From Candidatus Bathyarchaeota archaeon (GTDB lineage Archaea > Thermoproteota > Bathyarchaeia > Bathyarchaeales > Bathycorpusculaceae), in NCBI GenBank assembly GCA_963768425.1, contig CAVYHV010000010.1, positions 32,001-96,000 of the forward strand: a stretch of 64,000 nt of DNA, written 5' to 3'. A model generated the notes under the pieces. It saw only the letters and a list, made by a program, of their open reading frames with translations. It made no database searches and was not told the origin of the DNA. The stretch's first letter is position 1. Each line of letters begins with the position of its first letter. The translations under genes were made by a program, and so were the position numbers. This document shows positions 29,932 to 40,794 of this stretch, one piece after another.

Positions 29932-31179
29932 GTGACAACCTTGAGAATAGGCTTCTTTGTTTATGAATATCCGCCACAAACCGCAGGCGGCCTAGGCACT
30001 TACGCTGAATACATCACTCATGAATACGTCGATATTGGACATGACGTTTCAGTTTTCACGCTCAACAATAATGGTTTAAAGACAAGAGAAATCCTGCGCG
30101 GCGTAGAAGTGCACCGACCTCAGATAGCGGATGCAAGCAATATTTGGCCGTTCTTTGTGGTTGACGACCTCAAGAAATGGGGCACCAACATCAAATTCTT
30201 CAACGACATCTTCATATATAACATTCTAAGCTCAACCAAATTCATAAACGGGTTGATTAAAAAAGAAAAATACAATTTTGACGTCGTCTGCGTCCACGAC
30301 TGGCTCAGCAGCATCGCTGGTTTAATAATCAAAAATGAAACCAAAATTCCTGTGGTTTTCCACACTCACAGCACTGAGTGGGGGAGAAGCGGCGGAGGAG
30401 GATCCGAAGTTGTTTCTCATTTAGAGCGGGCAATGGCGCAGAGCTCAGACAAAATAGTAACTGTCAGCTACGCTATGCAGGAAGACCTCGTAAAACACGG
30501 GTGGACGCCGTCGAAGATAAGCGTGGTTTGGAATGGAGTTGACCCGGAGATGTATAATCCTGCGCATGTGAGTAAGGAAGAGATCGATGGAATCAGGGCT
30601 AAATATGGGATTCCCGACGGATGGAACATGCTGCTATTCGTCGGAAGGTTAACTTGGATCAAAGGAGTCCACAACCTTCTGCAAGCGATGCCTCTTGTCT
30701 TGAAAGAGAACCCCAACACTAAACTTGTCATATTGGGCATGGGCGATGAACAAACCGATATCACTGAAACCGCTGAACGCCTGAGAATTCAAGATAAAGT
30801 CGTTTACCGATTCGACTTCGTTTGTGAGGAAGAACGGATTTTGCATTATGCCGCCTCTGATGTCTGTATTTTTCCCTCTACTTACGAGCCTTTTGGTATC
30901 GTGAGTTTGGAGGCGATGTCTATGGAGAAGCCTGTGGTTGTGGGTGCAAGAGGCGTGGTGGGCTTCAGAGAGCAAGTGGTGAATAGCGGAACTGACCAAA
31001 ACGGCGTGCACATCAACGGTGAAGACCCTGCGGATATAGCTTGGGGGATAAACGAAACACTGCGTGACCCTGAACGAGCTAGGAATTGGGGCGAAAACGG
31101 CAGACGAAGAGTACTGGAATATTTTACCTGGCGTAAAGTCGCTGAACAAACGAGCAAAATCTACGAGTCGCTAATATAA
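29932..31179 (+). CDS. GT4 glycosyltransferase (glycogen synthase-like)
   Basis: EYPPQTAGGLG, HDW and YEPFGIVSLEAM motifs. Confidence 0.9.
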   Translation: MTTLRIGFFVYEYPPQTAGGLGTYAEYITHEYVDIGHDVSVFTLNNNGLKTREILRGVEVHRPQIADASNIWPFFVVDDLKKWGTNIKFFNDIFIYNILSSTKFINGLIKKEKYNFDVVCVHDWLSSIAGLIIKNETKIPVVFHTHSTEWGRSGGGGSEVVSHLERAMAQSSDKIVTVSYAMQEDLVKHGWTPSKISVVWNGVDPEMYNPAHVSKEEIDGIRAKYGIPDGWNMLLFVGRLTWIKGVHNLLQAMPLVLKENPNTKLVILGMGDEQTDITETAERLRIQDKVVYRFDFVCEEERILHYAASDVCIFPSTYEPFGIVSLEAMSMEKPVVVGARGVVGFREQVVNSGTDQNGVHINGEDPADIAWGINETLRDPERARNWGENGRRRVLEYFTWRKVAEQTSKIYESLI

Positions 31180-31201
31180 AACCCAAAAAAGAAAAGCAGG
31201 C

Positions 31202-32176
31202 TTATGTAGCCAGCATATCTGCGACTTCAAGCAACCTCAAATCAATCGGCTTTCTTTCCTTAGCAGCTTTCTCCAACGCGTAACCCATTATCTCACCGTC
31301 CTGCAAACCAACCGCCATGTTGCCTTTTCCTTGACAGATCATCTCGACCGCCTTTTCAGCAAACATACTAGCCAGCAATCGGCTCCGTGCAGTTGGGCTT
31401 CCACCACGCTGAGCGTACCCAAGAATTGACAAACGCACTTCAGCTTCTGTCTGCTGCTGCATATCAGAAGCCAGTTTATGTGAATTTCCGCAGCCTTCCG
31501 CCGCCACTATGATCCCTGCTCGTTTGCCCTTTTTCTTATTTTCATCCATAACCTTGACGATGTCGGCAAGACTCAAAGGTCGCTCGGGAACCAAGATGAC
31601 TTCTGCGCCAACGCATATGCCTACCTCCAGCGCTAAGAAGCCTCTTTTGCGACCCATCACTTCAACGATGAATACGCGCTCATGGGAAATCGCGGTGTCC
31701 CTGATTTTGTCGATCGAGCCCACCGCTGTATTTACAGCAGTGTCAAAGCCGATGGTTTCATCGGTTCCATAAACGTCGTTATCGATTGTAGCGGGTATGC
31801 CAACCATTAACGCATCGCTTTGCTTGCTTAGATCCAGAGCTCCCCTGAATGACCCATCGCCGCCGATAACAACTAACCCGTCGACGTCGTTTACTAAGAG
31901 GGTTTCAGCACCTTTTTCTACACCGCCTTCTTCCTCAAAGCCTATGCAACGCAAAGTGTGAAGTATGGTTCCGCCCAATTGTATGATGCCGCCGACGCTT
32001 CTCGGAGTCAGCCTTCTATAAGTATTTGACAGCAATCCATCCCATCCCCGCTCGAAACCTAAAACTTGAAAACCCTTCGCATGGGCAATCCTTGTCACTG
32101 CTCGGATGGCAGCGTTCATTCCAGGGGCGTCGCCGCCTGAAGTTACAATGCCAATGGTCTTCGTCAAACGCATCAA
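31202..32176 (-). CDS. pfkA: ATP-dependent 6-phosphofructokinase (PfkA family)
   Basis: TSGGDAPGMN, GGDGS, PATIDND, EVMGR and QRGGSP motifs. Confidence 0.95.
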   Translation of the reverse strand: MMRLTKTIGIVTSGGDAPGMNAAIRAVTRIAHAKGFQVLGFERGWDGLLSNTYRRLTPRSVGGIIQLGGTILHTLRCIGFEEEGGVEKGAETLLVNDVDGLVVIGGDGSFRGALDLSKQSDALMVGIPATIDNDVYGTDETIGFDTAVNTAVGSIDKIRDTAISHERVFIVEVMGRKRGFLALEVGICVGAEVILVPERPLSLADIVKVMDENKKKGKRAGIIVAAEGCGNSHKLASDMQQQTEAEVRLSILGYAQRGGSPTARSRLLASMFAEKAVEMICQGKGNMAVGLQDGEIMGYALEKAAKERKPIDLRLLEVADMLAT

Positions 32177-32317
32177 GTCTCCTTTAAAGCATCACAACTC
32201 AAATACAAACAACCTAGACATTTCTTTCGTCAAGATTAAAACGTTTAGTATCGCAAATATTTATGGACATACTCCAAAAAACATAAATTGCTTAGCCATT
32301 ATCCTATTGGACTTAGT

Positions 32318-32471
32318 CGGGAGGTAGCTCAGCCTGGCAGAGCTCTCGAATCAGCTAACATGCTTAGCTGGTGGAGACGCTGTAGAGGTCTACCCACGGT
32401 GGGCTTCAATCTAGCCTGTGCAGGCCACAGATACCGAGCCGTCGCAGGTTCAAATCCTGCTCTCCCGACCA
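32318..32471 (+). tRNA. tRNA-Tyr(GTA) with two BHB introns (30/31: 32349-32378; 37/38: 32386-32432), CCA encoded
   Basis: C1:G72 pair and A73. The spliced anticodon arm is CTCGG-CT-GTA-GA-CCGAG. Both introns form bulge-helix-bulge motifs (CTCT/GGAG and CTGT/ACAG central helices). Confidence 0.9.
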
Positions 32472-32507
32472 ATTAACTTTAAATTCGAGCTGCCTTTGCC
32501 AAGTTAC

Positions 32508-33452
32508 TTAGGGGCTTATGCCTTTTGGCAGCATTTTCTTCGGTATCTTTGCGACGAAGGTAAAGAGTGGATCGACAATTTGGGCGATTCTTCCTTTTGC
32601 TGCTAAGCTTAGAAACATGTAGGCATCGTAACGTTCAAAACCGTAGTCAGTTTCTAACCACTTTATCAATTCGAGAAAAGCTAATCTAACTGCGTCTTCA
32701 AATGGTTTGGCACTGCAGACAGTCATGATTTCGTCTTTTGACTCGATGCGTGGCCAGTCTATGTTTTTGTTTTTCTCCAACTCTACCTTCATAGTGACTT
32801 TGGAGGAAACTTCCAATGCAGTTCCACAGATTTCTCCGTCTCCTTGAACAGCGTGAACATCACCTAACCCAAAGAGTGCTCCATTAACTGCCACAGGAAG
32901 GTAAAGCGTGCTGCCAACGCAGATGTCGGGGACATCCATGTTTCCTCCGTGTCTTCCCGGAGTAACTGTGGAGACAGCCTCAAACTTTGGTGAAACACCA
33001 ATCGTTCCAATGAAAGGTTTGGCGGGGATTTCAACGGTTCCTCCATCTTTCAACGTATAAACAATTTTTTCTCCAATTATTTGCGAAAACTTTGTGACAG
33101 AGGGAGACAGTTGAAGCCATCCTTCAAGCCCGCCAAACCCAGGTATAACAGCAGTCCAGCCTATCTCTGGAATCTCGATGCTGATAATCTCGATCTTTAA
33201 GGCATCTCCCGGCTCAGCGTTTTCAACGTAGATGGGGCCCGTAACTGGATTTTCATAACGCTTAAGACCTTTCTGAATCGCATCCTCCAGAATTTGATCG
33301 GTTCTCACGATATCGCCTCTGGCATCCCATGTTTCCACCTCAATGGTTTCGCCAGGAGTCACCTTCGCAATGAGCTCGTTTAGGGACCCCAGTGTGCAAT
33401 TCTTTGTTAATGACATTTCTTCCCGAGGAGTTCTTCGTATTCTTCTAACCAA
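32508..33452 (-). CDS. Acetamidase/formamidase family protein
   Basis: NPVTGPIYVENAEPGD, HGGNMD and GDVHAVQGDGE motifs. Confidence 0.9.
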   Translation of the reverse strand: MVRRIRRTPREEMSLTKNCTLGSLNELIAKVTPGETIEVETWDARGDIVRTDQILEDAIQKGLKRYENPVTGPIYVENAEPGDALKIEIISIEIPEIGWTAVIPGFGGLEGWLQLSPSVTKFSQIIGEKIVYTLKDGGTVEIPAKPFIGTIGVSPKFEAVSTVTPGRHGGNMDVPDICVGSTLYLPVAVNGALFGLGDVHAVQGDGEICGTALEVSSKVTMKVELEKNKNIDWPRIESKDEIMTVCSAKPFEDAVRLAFLELIKWLETDYGFERYDAYMFLSLAAKGRIAQIVDPLFTFVAKIPKKMLPKGISP

Positions 33453-33645
33453 GCCACGTTCCCCCTAACGATTTCACATAGAATTCACTTTAGTTCAGCG
33501 GATGCGTTAAATCTTTTGTTTCAGCAGATATGCCGTCTTCTATGGTAACGATGCCTGTTGAGGCATGATATGTGTGATAACCATGTGGAATGAAGTAATT
33601 ATTTTAAATAAGTAATTCTTATATTATTGTAGCAAGTATTACGAT

Positions 33646-33963
33646 ATGAAAACAGAAAGCTGCCATAACCCCCATAGATTACAGAAAAACCAAAACAGGA
33701 GAAGAGAACGGTTGAGCAAACATAAAGAATTAATCAAGAAATGGGGTTCGCGCTACATAAAATATAACGTCATAGGCTTAGCTGTTTTTCTACTCAACAT
33801 CATTATTTACGTAATTATCTTCCCTTATTTTGGAGAATGGTCCTATATCATCGTAAGCATAAACGGGGGAATCATGGAGTTTACATTAATCGCCTACATC
33901 AACAAAACCAAAAAAGGCTTAATATTTGAAAGCTGCACGCCAATTAACAACGTAACCTCATAA
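33646..33963 (+). CDS. Small membrane protein, GtrA-like
   Basis: RYIKYNVIGL..LNIIIY with two TM helices. Confidence 0.5.
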   Translation: MKTESCHNPHRLQKNQNRRRERLSKHKELIKKWGSRYIKYNVIGLAVFLLNIIIYVIIFPYFGEWSYIIVSINGGIMEFTLIAYINKTKKGLIFESCTPINNVTS

Positions 33964-34396
33964 ACTTTTTCCAGCCACAACAGCCATAAAAAAACCTTTT
34001 TTCTTCTCTTTTTGTTATCCTATTCTTGTTCAACTTTTCGCTTGCTAAAACGCAGACAAATTGTGACACAATACTTAATATACTATATAATACTGTATTG
34101 TAGGATAAGGGTAATTCTTGATGACTGAATGTCCCTATTGTCATAAAGAGAACTCGAAACCTCAAGCTTCATTACAAAACAGTTTTTTCGCAATCGAAGC
34201 CTATATATGTGATAAATGCAAAGGCAGATTTACGATAACAAAATAACTCCATGTTCTGAAAGCAGTTAATCAGTAATCATTCACTTTTTAATGGGTTTTT
34301 CTTTGTTAGGTGTGCTTTGTTATTAAAGTAAAGGCGCGCAATATGCCCTGTCCCGATCAAACTTTTCCAGTCTAAAATAGCCGAAGTTGAGAAATT

Positions 34397-35494
34397 TTAG
34401 ACTTTGATTTCTTCGGTTAAGCCTGCTTCAGGATATGGGAACAGATGAGCTTTTTCAAGCGGGTATGTAATTGTAACTTCTTCTCCTACTTTGAACCAAT
34501 TCTCCGCTAGTGAAGGCCGATTTATTACCAGCCGGTCGCCGTTGTCAAGCCTAATCTCATAGCGCACCACCGTTCCTTCGAAAGTGACTTTCTCTATTTT
34601 TCCAGCCAACCCGTCTTCAGAAGCAGTTTTACCAGTTTTCATTTCACAGGTTTCTGGTCTGATTGCCAAGACAACTCTTTCGCCGTCTTTTATGCCAGTT
34701 TTCTTGGCTTTGACTTTTAAGCCTTCCCGCAACTCGATTTCGCAGTACCCATCCGTTTGATCGATGTATCCTTCGAGAAGGTTGGATTCGCCGATGAAGT
34801 GTGCGACAAAGAGGCTGTTTGGGTACATGTAAAGTTCTTGGGGTGAGCCAATCTGAACGATTTTGCCTTTCTTCATTACCGCTATTCTGTCGGAAATTGA
34901 CATGGCTTCTGACTGGTCATGGGTGACATGAATTGCAGTGAGTTTAAGGTCTTTAGCCATCCGCCTGATTTCATAGCGTATTTCATTTCTTACTTTAGCG
35001 TCCAGTTGCCCGAGGGGTTCATCCAGAAGCAAGGTTTTGGCGCCTGCAGCAAGAGCGCGTGCAACGGCTATTCTCTGCATCATGCCGCCGCTCAATTCGC
35101 TAGGGTAAGCGCTTAAACGTTCATCCAGTTTGACCAGTTCCAAAACTTCATGCCCTATTGTATCGGCTTCTTTTGCGTCGTAGTTTTTGACTTTGGGTCC
35201 GTAAAGGACGTTGCCCCATGCGGTCATGTGTGGGAACAGAGCGAAAGTTTGGAAAACAAAGCCGATATCGCGGTCTTCAGGGGGATCTTTGTCGACGCGT
35301 CGGTCGCCGATGTAGATTTCGCCGCTGTCAGGCTCAATAAGTCCCGCAATGAGTCGCAGCAACGTGGTTTTTCCGCATCCGCTTGGACCAAGCAGCGCAA
35401 AATATTCTTGGTCACGCATGGTTAAGCTGATGTTGTCTAAAGCGTAGATTTTCCCGTATTTTTTTGTAACGTTTACGATTCTTACATCAGGCAT
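34397..35494 (-). CDS. ABC importer ATP-binding subunit with TOBE domain
   Basis: GPSGCGKT, LSGGMMQR, LLDEP and HVTHD motifs. Confidence 0.95.
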   Translation of the reverse strand: MPDVRIVNVTKKYGKIYALDNISLTMRDQEYFALLGPSGCGKTTLLRLIAGLIEPDSGEIYIGDRRVDKDPPEDRDIGFVFQTFALFPHMTAWGNVLYGPKVKNYDAKEADTIGHEVLELVKLDERLSAYPSELSGGMMQRIAVARALAAGAKTLLLDEPLGQLDAKVRNEIRYEIRRMAKDLKLTAIHVTHDQSEAMSISDRIAVMKKGKIVQIGSPQELYMYPNSLFVAHFIGESNLLEGYIDQTDGYCEIELREGLKVKAKKTGIKDGERVVLAIRPETCEMKTGKTASEDGLAGKIEKVTFEGTVVRYEIRLDNGDRLVINRPSLAENWFKVGEEVTITYPLEKAHLFPYPEAGLTEEIKV

Positions 35495-35544
35495 AACTTG
35501 ATTCTCCTACGAAAAACGTTTTGTGGTTTTTAATGGTTACCATG

Positions 35545-37233
35545 TTAAGTCTTCCCTTTCCTTGTTATAAGCCTCAAAACAAGCAGTATGATGAAGCTGA
35601 AAAGAATCAAGATGCCGCATGCCAAGCCAACGGTGAATGCGGTGACCCCTGGAATCGGCGAAGCAACGCCCCTTATGGCGTTGACCCAGTTGACAATAAG
35701 GACGGGTGCAGTAACAAGGTTCGTGCTTACAGCCAAGGTGGCTCCTGTTTCGCTAACGCTTCGTGCAAAAACGATTATGGCGCCTGAAAGAATCGAATAC
35801 TTCGTGAGCGGCAGCACAATTGATCGGAAAACAGTAAAGGGTTTGGCACCCAAGGTTTTTGCTGCTTCCTCCATTTCAATGCTTATCCGCTCCATAGCCG
35901 CCCCCATTGACCTAACAAAATACGGGTACGTGATTGCTAAATGAGCGAAAACTAGCAATAGGAATGCAGGTATACCTGGGACACCTTGCCAAAAGAACTT
36001 CAGCGAAACCCCCAAGGCAATCGACGGCACGATTATAGGCACGTTGATTAAAGTATCAAGAACCGCTGAGACTGTTTTGCCGAATGTGTGACGCGAAATC
36101 AGAATAGCCATCGGTATACCTAAAATTATGCCTAACACGGTCACTATCCCAGCTAAACCGTAGGAAAGCAGCAGGCTTTGCCAGAAGCTTGCCCAAACTC
36201 CAACACCGGTCAACGCCTGAATCACAGGGGTTCCTGAAGCTATGGCTTGGAAAGCAGGCAACGCCACGAAAAGCGACGGCACCAAAACAACCACCAAGAA
36301 AACAAATAATGCCAAACTGTTACGGGTCCAAGCAGTTTTCTTGTAGCTAAGCTTCTTTTCTAAAACAGGCAAGCCGTGTCCAAATGGCAGCTTTATCTTT
36401 GGACTTATAACTTTAATCAAACCGAAAATAGTCAACGAGACCGAAATGAGGATTAGGCTGGTGAAGACGGTTGCGCCTTGGTATGTGGCTTGAGGGATTA
36501 AACCTTTTTTGAATTCGTTACTTAAGGTTTGCAGGAAGACAGGTCCGTTGACGAAGGCTCCGGCGACAATGAAGGTGGCGCCTGTCTCGGAAAGCGACCG
36601 AGCGAATGCAAGCAAAAACGCAGCAATCAAAGACGGCTTTATGATTGGAAAAGTAACTGTTCTTGATGCTGTCAAAGGCGGAGCACCAAGGGTTCGTGAT
36701 GCCCGTTCGTACTCCATCTTGTAGTCCAGCATCGCGCCAACTACGACTCGCACGACGACTGGGAATGAAAAAGTGAAATGTAGAAGCATAACAAGGAGCC
36801 AACCTGTAGAGATTATTGGTCCTCCGAAAAGCGTTGATATTGGTCCGCCGGGTAAGCTCCAGAAAAGAAGCAGCGAATAACCCAAGGCAGCAGTCGGCAC
36901 GATGAAGGGTATGTCGGCGAAAGTGTCTAGGACACTTAGCCACCTTGATTTGCTACGGGTGATAAGCCAAGCGAGGGGGATTCCAGCGATCAGGTCTAAG
37001 GCGGCGACGATTAAGCCAATGATGAAGGAGTTCCTGATAGCCGTCCATGCTGTGCCCATAAGTGCTGGTTGGTTGATGACGTTTTGGACTGTTGGTATTT
37101 TGATTAGGATTCCGAGGATGGGCGGAATAAGGATAAAAGCGAAAAACACAGCGACCGCGGAAATGTAGAGGGAGTACTTTAAGGGTTTTTTGGAGGACCA
37201 TTTGTTTAGTGTGTTCCACAGTTTGCTAAGCAC
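35545..37233 (-). CDS. Fused double ABC permease (ModB/WtpB/CysTW-like)
   Basis: Two EAA loops and two FARS(L/V)SETGAT motifs. Confidence 0.9.
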   Translation of the reverse strand: MLSKLWNTLNKWSSKKPLKYSLYISAVAVFFAFILIPPILGILIKIPTVQNVINQPALMGTAWTAIRNSFIIGLIVAALDLIAGIPLAWLITRSKSRWLSVLDTFADIPFIVPTAALGYSLLLFWSLPGGPISTLFGGPIISTGWLLVMLLHFTFSFPVVVRVVVGAMLDYKMEYERASRTLGAPPLTASRTVTFPIIKPSLIAAFLLAFARSLSETGATFIVAGAFVNGPVFLQTLSNEFKKGLIPQATYQGATVFTSLILISVSLTIFGLIKVISPKIKLPFGHGLPVLEKKLSYKKTAWTRNSLALFVFLVVVLVPSLFVALPAFQAIASGTPVIQALTGVGVWASFWQSLLLSYGLAGIVTVLGIILGIPMAILISRHTFGKTVSAVLDTLINVPIIVPSIALGVSLKFFWQGVPGIPAFLLLVFAHLAITYPYFVRSMGAAMERISIEMEEAAKTLGAKPFTVFRSIVLPLTKYSILSGAIIVFARSVSETGATLAVSTNLVTAPVLIVNWVNAIRGVASPIPGVTAFTVGLACGILILFSFIILLVLRLITRKGKT

Positions 37234-37789
37234 AGTCCAGCTCCTAATTTTTCAACGTCTGTCTTGCACAAAGCGCAAGGTAATGCACTGTTCAGATATA
37301 ATAGCTGTTTCCTTAAGCCACATTTCTGACCATATTTTCAATTTAGAATATATATTTTGGTGTTGACTCCCAATAGGCTATAGTGGCTGGGACTTCGTTC
37401 TTATAGTTAATATAGAAGACTTTATCAAGTTTAACATTGGAATTCTAGTCAGGCGAATTTTTTTTGGAACAGAATAGCGGGGTTTTGCAGTTTTCGCGGC
37501 TGCTTTTTGTCTCAGTTAATATCTTTTTGAAGAAGACCAACTTTTTTGCAAAAATCATATTTCGAAAGAATTCAAAATAAGATTAAATGAAAAAAGTATA
37601 TTCAGTAAATTCAAGTTAAGAAAGCTAATTTCTAATTCAAACCTTTCCTGTTACACTGCTGAACATAGCTTTGAGCTTTTTTACATGACGGGCACTTTTC
37701 GCTTTCTACTCGGAAACAGCTTTTTCCGCTCGCTGAGATCGGCTACGATTTTGTTTTCTAACTGTTGGAACTTTGCAGGTTTTGCTTTT

Positions 37790-38077
37790 TCAAAGTATCT
37801 CTATGTTTATTTTTCTGGCCTCAATTATAACCTGCTGAGTCAAAAACTCCTCCAAGAGATCAAGCGATGAAATTCCTTTTGAGCCAGAGCTTGCTTTTTT
37901 GTGTTTAGCAACATGATTCTTAATTGCAAGTTTCATGGCTTTTAAATCCGGCACCACCAAAATTTCAGAGCCGCATAAGCATCTAACAGTAGGCATTTTT
38001 CTTTTAAGTGCATTAAACTTAGTGTTGCGATCTTGGTCAAGAGTATAGTTGATTTCTTGTGTAATTCTTTTCTTCAT
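37790..38077 (-). CDS. Hypothetical protein with CxC..H..H motif
   Basis: RCLCGSEILVVPD..NHVAKH. Confidence 0.6.
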   Translation of the reverse strand: MKKRITQEINYTLDQDRNTKFNALKRKMPTVRCLCGSEILVVPDLKAMKLAIKNHVAKHKKASSGSKGISSLDLLEEFLTQQVIIEARKINIEIL

Positions 38078-38465
38078 GCCTCCTCAACTTCATTTTTGGT
38101 TTTATTACAATTTCGCGAGCTACCATTATTTTCTTATTAAGCGTTTTCAAACGTTTCTCGACTTCCATTTTTATCTCAGAGTCTCTTTCTTGAGCCAAAG
38201 CCTTAGACAAGAGGCTCTTTGCTAACGGAACACTGCCTTCGCCGAAAATCTTTCCAAATATGGAATGCCTGTTATCTAATCCATGAATTTTGGGTAACAC
38301 ACAAATAAAATTCAATGGGTAATCCTTGGAAGTATCTGAATCTACGACCACAAAATGCACTTCTGTTTTGGGATTTTCTATTTTTCTACCAATTTCTCTT
38401 TTTAACAAATATAAACTTGGTCTCATCCAGCTTACGCCTTTCAAAAACTGTTTATAGTAAATCAT
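38037..38465 (-). CDS. Hypothetical protein
   Basis: 142-aa ORF, likely start MRPSLYL; YPLNFICVLP. Confidence 0.6.
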   Translation of the reverse strand: MIYYKQFLKGVSWMRPSLYLLKREIGRKIENPKTEVHFVVVDSDTSKDYPLNFICVLPKIHGLDNRHSIFGKIFGEGSVPLAKSLLSKALAQERDSEIKMEVEKRLKTLNKKIMVAREIVIKPKMKLRRHEEKNYTRNQLYS

Positions 38466-38795
38466 CGTTTAAGCGCTTTATTTTATTGTCGTCACTATTT
38501 CTGTTAAAACGTAAATATGCCCGATCAACGATTCAGGCAGAAATGTTAATCTTGATAAGAGAAGAAATGAATTAAGACCCAAAGAGAGCTTGTTTGTGAC
38601 CCCACAGCAGATAACATGTTTTATACAAACCTGGCAATTTGCGCTTAACCTGGTCAGCGTTAACTATTAAATCACTCCAAAAAAAGAAAAAGCCGGCTGC
38701 GGAAGTTAAAAAAAGAAATTGTACCACAGGAGACGACCGAGCATGAATCTATACTCTCAATTTTTGGAACAGAAACATGGAATAATGAAAAAAAT

Positions 38796-38984
38796 TTGAG
38801 ACTGAAAATGATCGTTGACGGAAAAGAGTTGCCTCTGAACAATTTCGTGCAGGAAACCATCGGCAACATCATGGCTGGATTTTCGAAAACGCTGAAAGGG
38901 CTGGATGTGGCTCCTGAAATGATTGAAGTGAAAATAAAGAGGTTGCCAGCCCCAGCTGACGTTGACGCCCATGTTTACCCTTGA
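38796..38984 (+). CDS. Small protein resembling the archaeal MobB C-terminal domain
   Basis: LKMIVDGKELPLNNFVQETIGNIMAGFSKTLKG. Confidence 0.6.
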   Translation: MRLKMIVDGKELPLNNFVQETIGNIMAGFSKTLKGLDVAPEMIEVKIKRLPAPADVDAHVYP

Positions 38985-38989
38985 TCGAT

Positions 38990-39784
38990 TTAGCTGACTA
39001 CTTTTCTGAACTGGTACAGTGTAGCGCTCATGGTGATGACCGCGACTAAGCCGATTACACCCCAAGCTGGAAGTATGGTGCTCCATTGGTAGCCGTTGAT
39101 CATCAAGTGCGCGGGTAGCGGTAACACAGTAGCTTACAGGGTTAAACATTGAGACAGTTTGCACCCATGCGGGCAGGAAACTAAGGGGAAACAATGCTGG
39201 GCTTAGGAACAGAAGTGGGAAAGTGATGACTCCGCCTATCGCGAAAACCGTCTCAGAACTTCTCGTCTTCATGCCCAACGCTAAAGAAATTCCTGACCAT
39301 GCAAGCCCAAAGAAGGCAAGCGTGAAAAAGATAAGCAAAATTCCGACAACACCAGTGGTGACGTAGAAGGGCTTGTTTTCCGCAACACCTAAAGCGTATC
39401 CTAACCCGAGAATTATAGCGGTTTGGACAACCACTCTAAATGCGTCACTGGCTAATCTGCCGAGCAGAATCGCGGGACGACTCACTGGCGTCACCAGCAT
39501 TTTCTGCAAATACCCCGAGTCGATGTCAGCCACTATCGAGTTTCCTGACTGCAAAGCGCTTCCAAAAGCGTTTTGCATCACAATTCCAGCAGCCGCAAAC
39601 TCAAGATAAGCAACGACCTAGCGGGTAATACTCCTGGAAAATTGGAAAGTTTGCCTAGCAGCTGCGTGAATAGTACGAGGAATAAGATGGGTTGGAAGAG
39701 TGAGAAGAATAGCAGGATTGGGGTTCGAACAAGTTTCGTGAGGTACCTTATGAATATGTAGCGGGTATCAGAAAGTAGAGTCAT
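38990..39784 (-). CDS. ABC-2 exporter permease (DrrB-like), frameshifted
   Basis: Pieces across frames align with the intact paralog at 58383..59162; ends FRKVVS*. Confidence 0.8.
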
Positions 39785-40794
39785 TTTTGTTCATCTCCTT
39801 GCGCCGCCCCACATGGCGGCTTGGCGCTTTGACTAGTTCTTCCGTTCGTATTCTTTTGCCGGTGTGCTTCATGAAAACGTCATCCAGAGACGGCGAAGAA
39901 AACGTCACTGACGCAATCCGAATGTCGCTGCTGTCTAAGGCGCGCACAATATCAGCTATCAGCAAGACCAGCGTTTTTGGCGTAAACTGTAAGGCATTCT
40001 TCAGAATCCATTATTTCGTTGACGTCTGTGAGGGTTTTGATGAGTTCTTTTGCTTTAATGTTGTCTCTTTGGCAGTTCTCAAGCGAATTCTGATAGAGTC
40101 AGCGCCAATTTCACGTTTCAAATCAATAGGAGAGCCGCTTGCAACTATTTTTCCAGCATCAATTATTGAAAGCCTTTTGCATAGTTTGTCGGCTTCTTCC
40201 AGATACTGAGTCGTTAAAAAGATGGTTATGTCTTCTTCTTTGTTTAATTTTTCCAGATAACTCCAAATGGCTGAACGCGACTGAGGATCCAAACCCGTTG
40301 TCGGCTCATCCAAAAACAGCATTTTGGGTTTGTGAACAAGAGCGGTGGCAAGGTCAAGGCGTTTTTTCATGCCGCCCGAGTAGTTTCTTGCGCGTCTATC
40401 AGCGGCTGCTTCTAGACCTACTAAGACTAATAAGTTCGTTCACTCGTTTTTTGATTTCGTCACTGTCCATTTGGTGGAAATGGCCTTGAAGCGTAATGTT
40501 TTCTCTGCCTGTTAAGTCGCCGTCGACGGTTGTTTCTTGGCTTTGAACCCCGATGATCTTGCGGATTTCAGGCTGCTTGCTTCTCAACGTCGTATCCTGC
40601 GATTGTAACGGTGCCCGATGTTTTTCTCAGAAGTGTCGTTAGAATTTTGATTGTTGTGCTTTTTCCTGCTCCGTTTGGCCCTAGAAAACCGAAGAATTCT
40701 CCTTCCTGCCACGTTGAAGGAGATGTCATCAACGGCTTTTGTCCCGTCAGAATAGACTTCAGACAAGATTCTTAACAGTAATAATGTCTGCCAT
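39768..40794 (-). CDS. ABC-2 exporter ATPase (DrrA-like), several frameshifts
   Basis: [21 protein letters not shown] and PSLDDVF spread over four ORF fragments; paralog of 59159..60154. Confidence 0.8.

Noticed and set aside
32288-32606. Short ORFs over the tRNA-Tyr (likewise 44603..44806, 58139..58324 and 1530..1859)
   Set aside because: Spurious translations of tRNA or tRNA-relic sequence.
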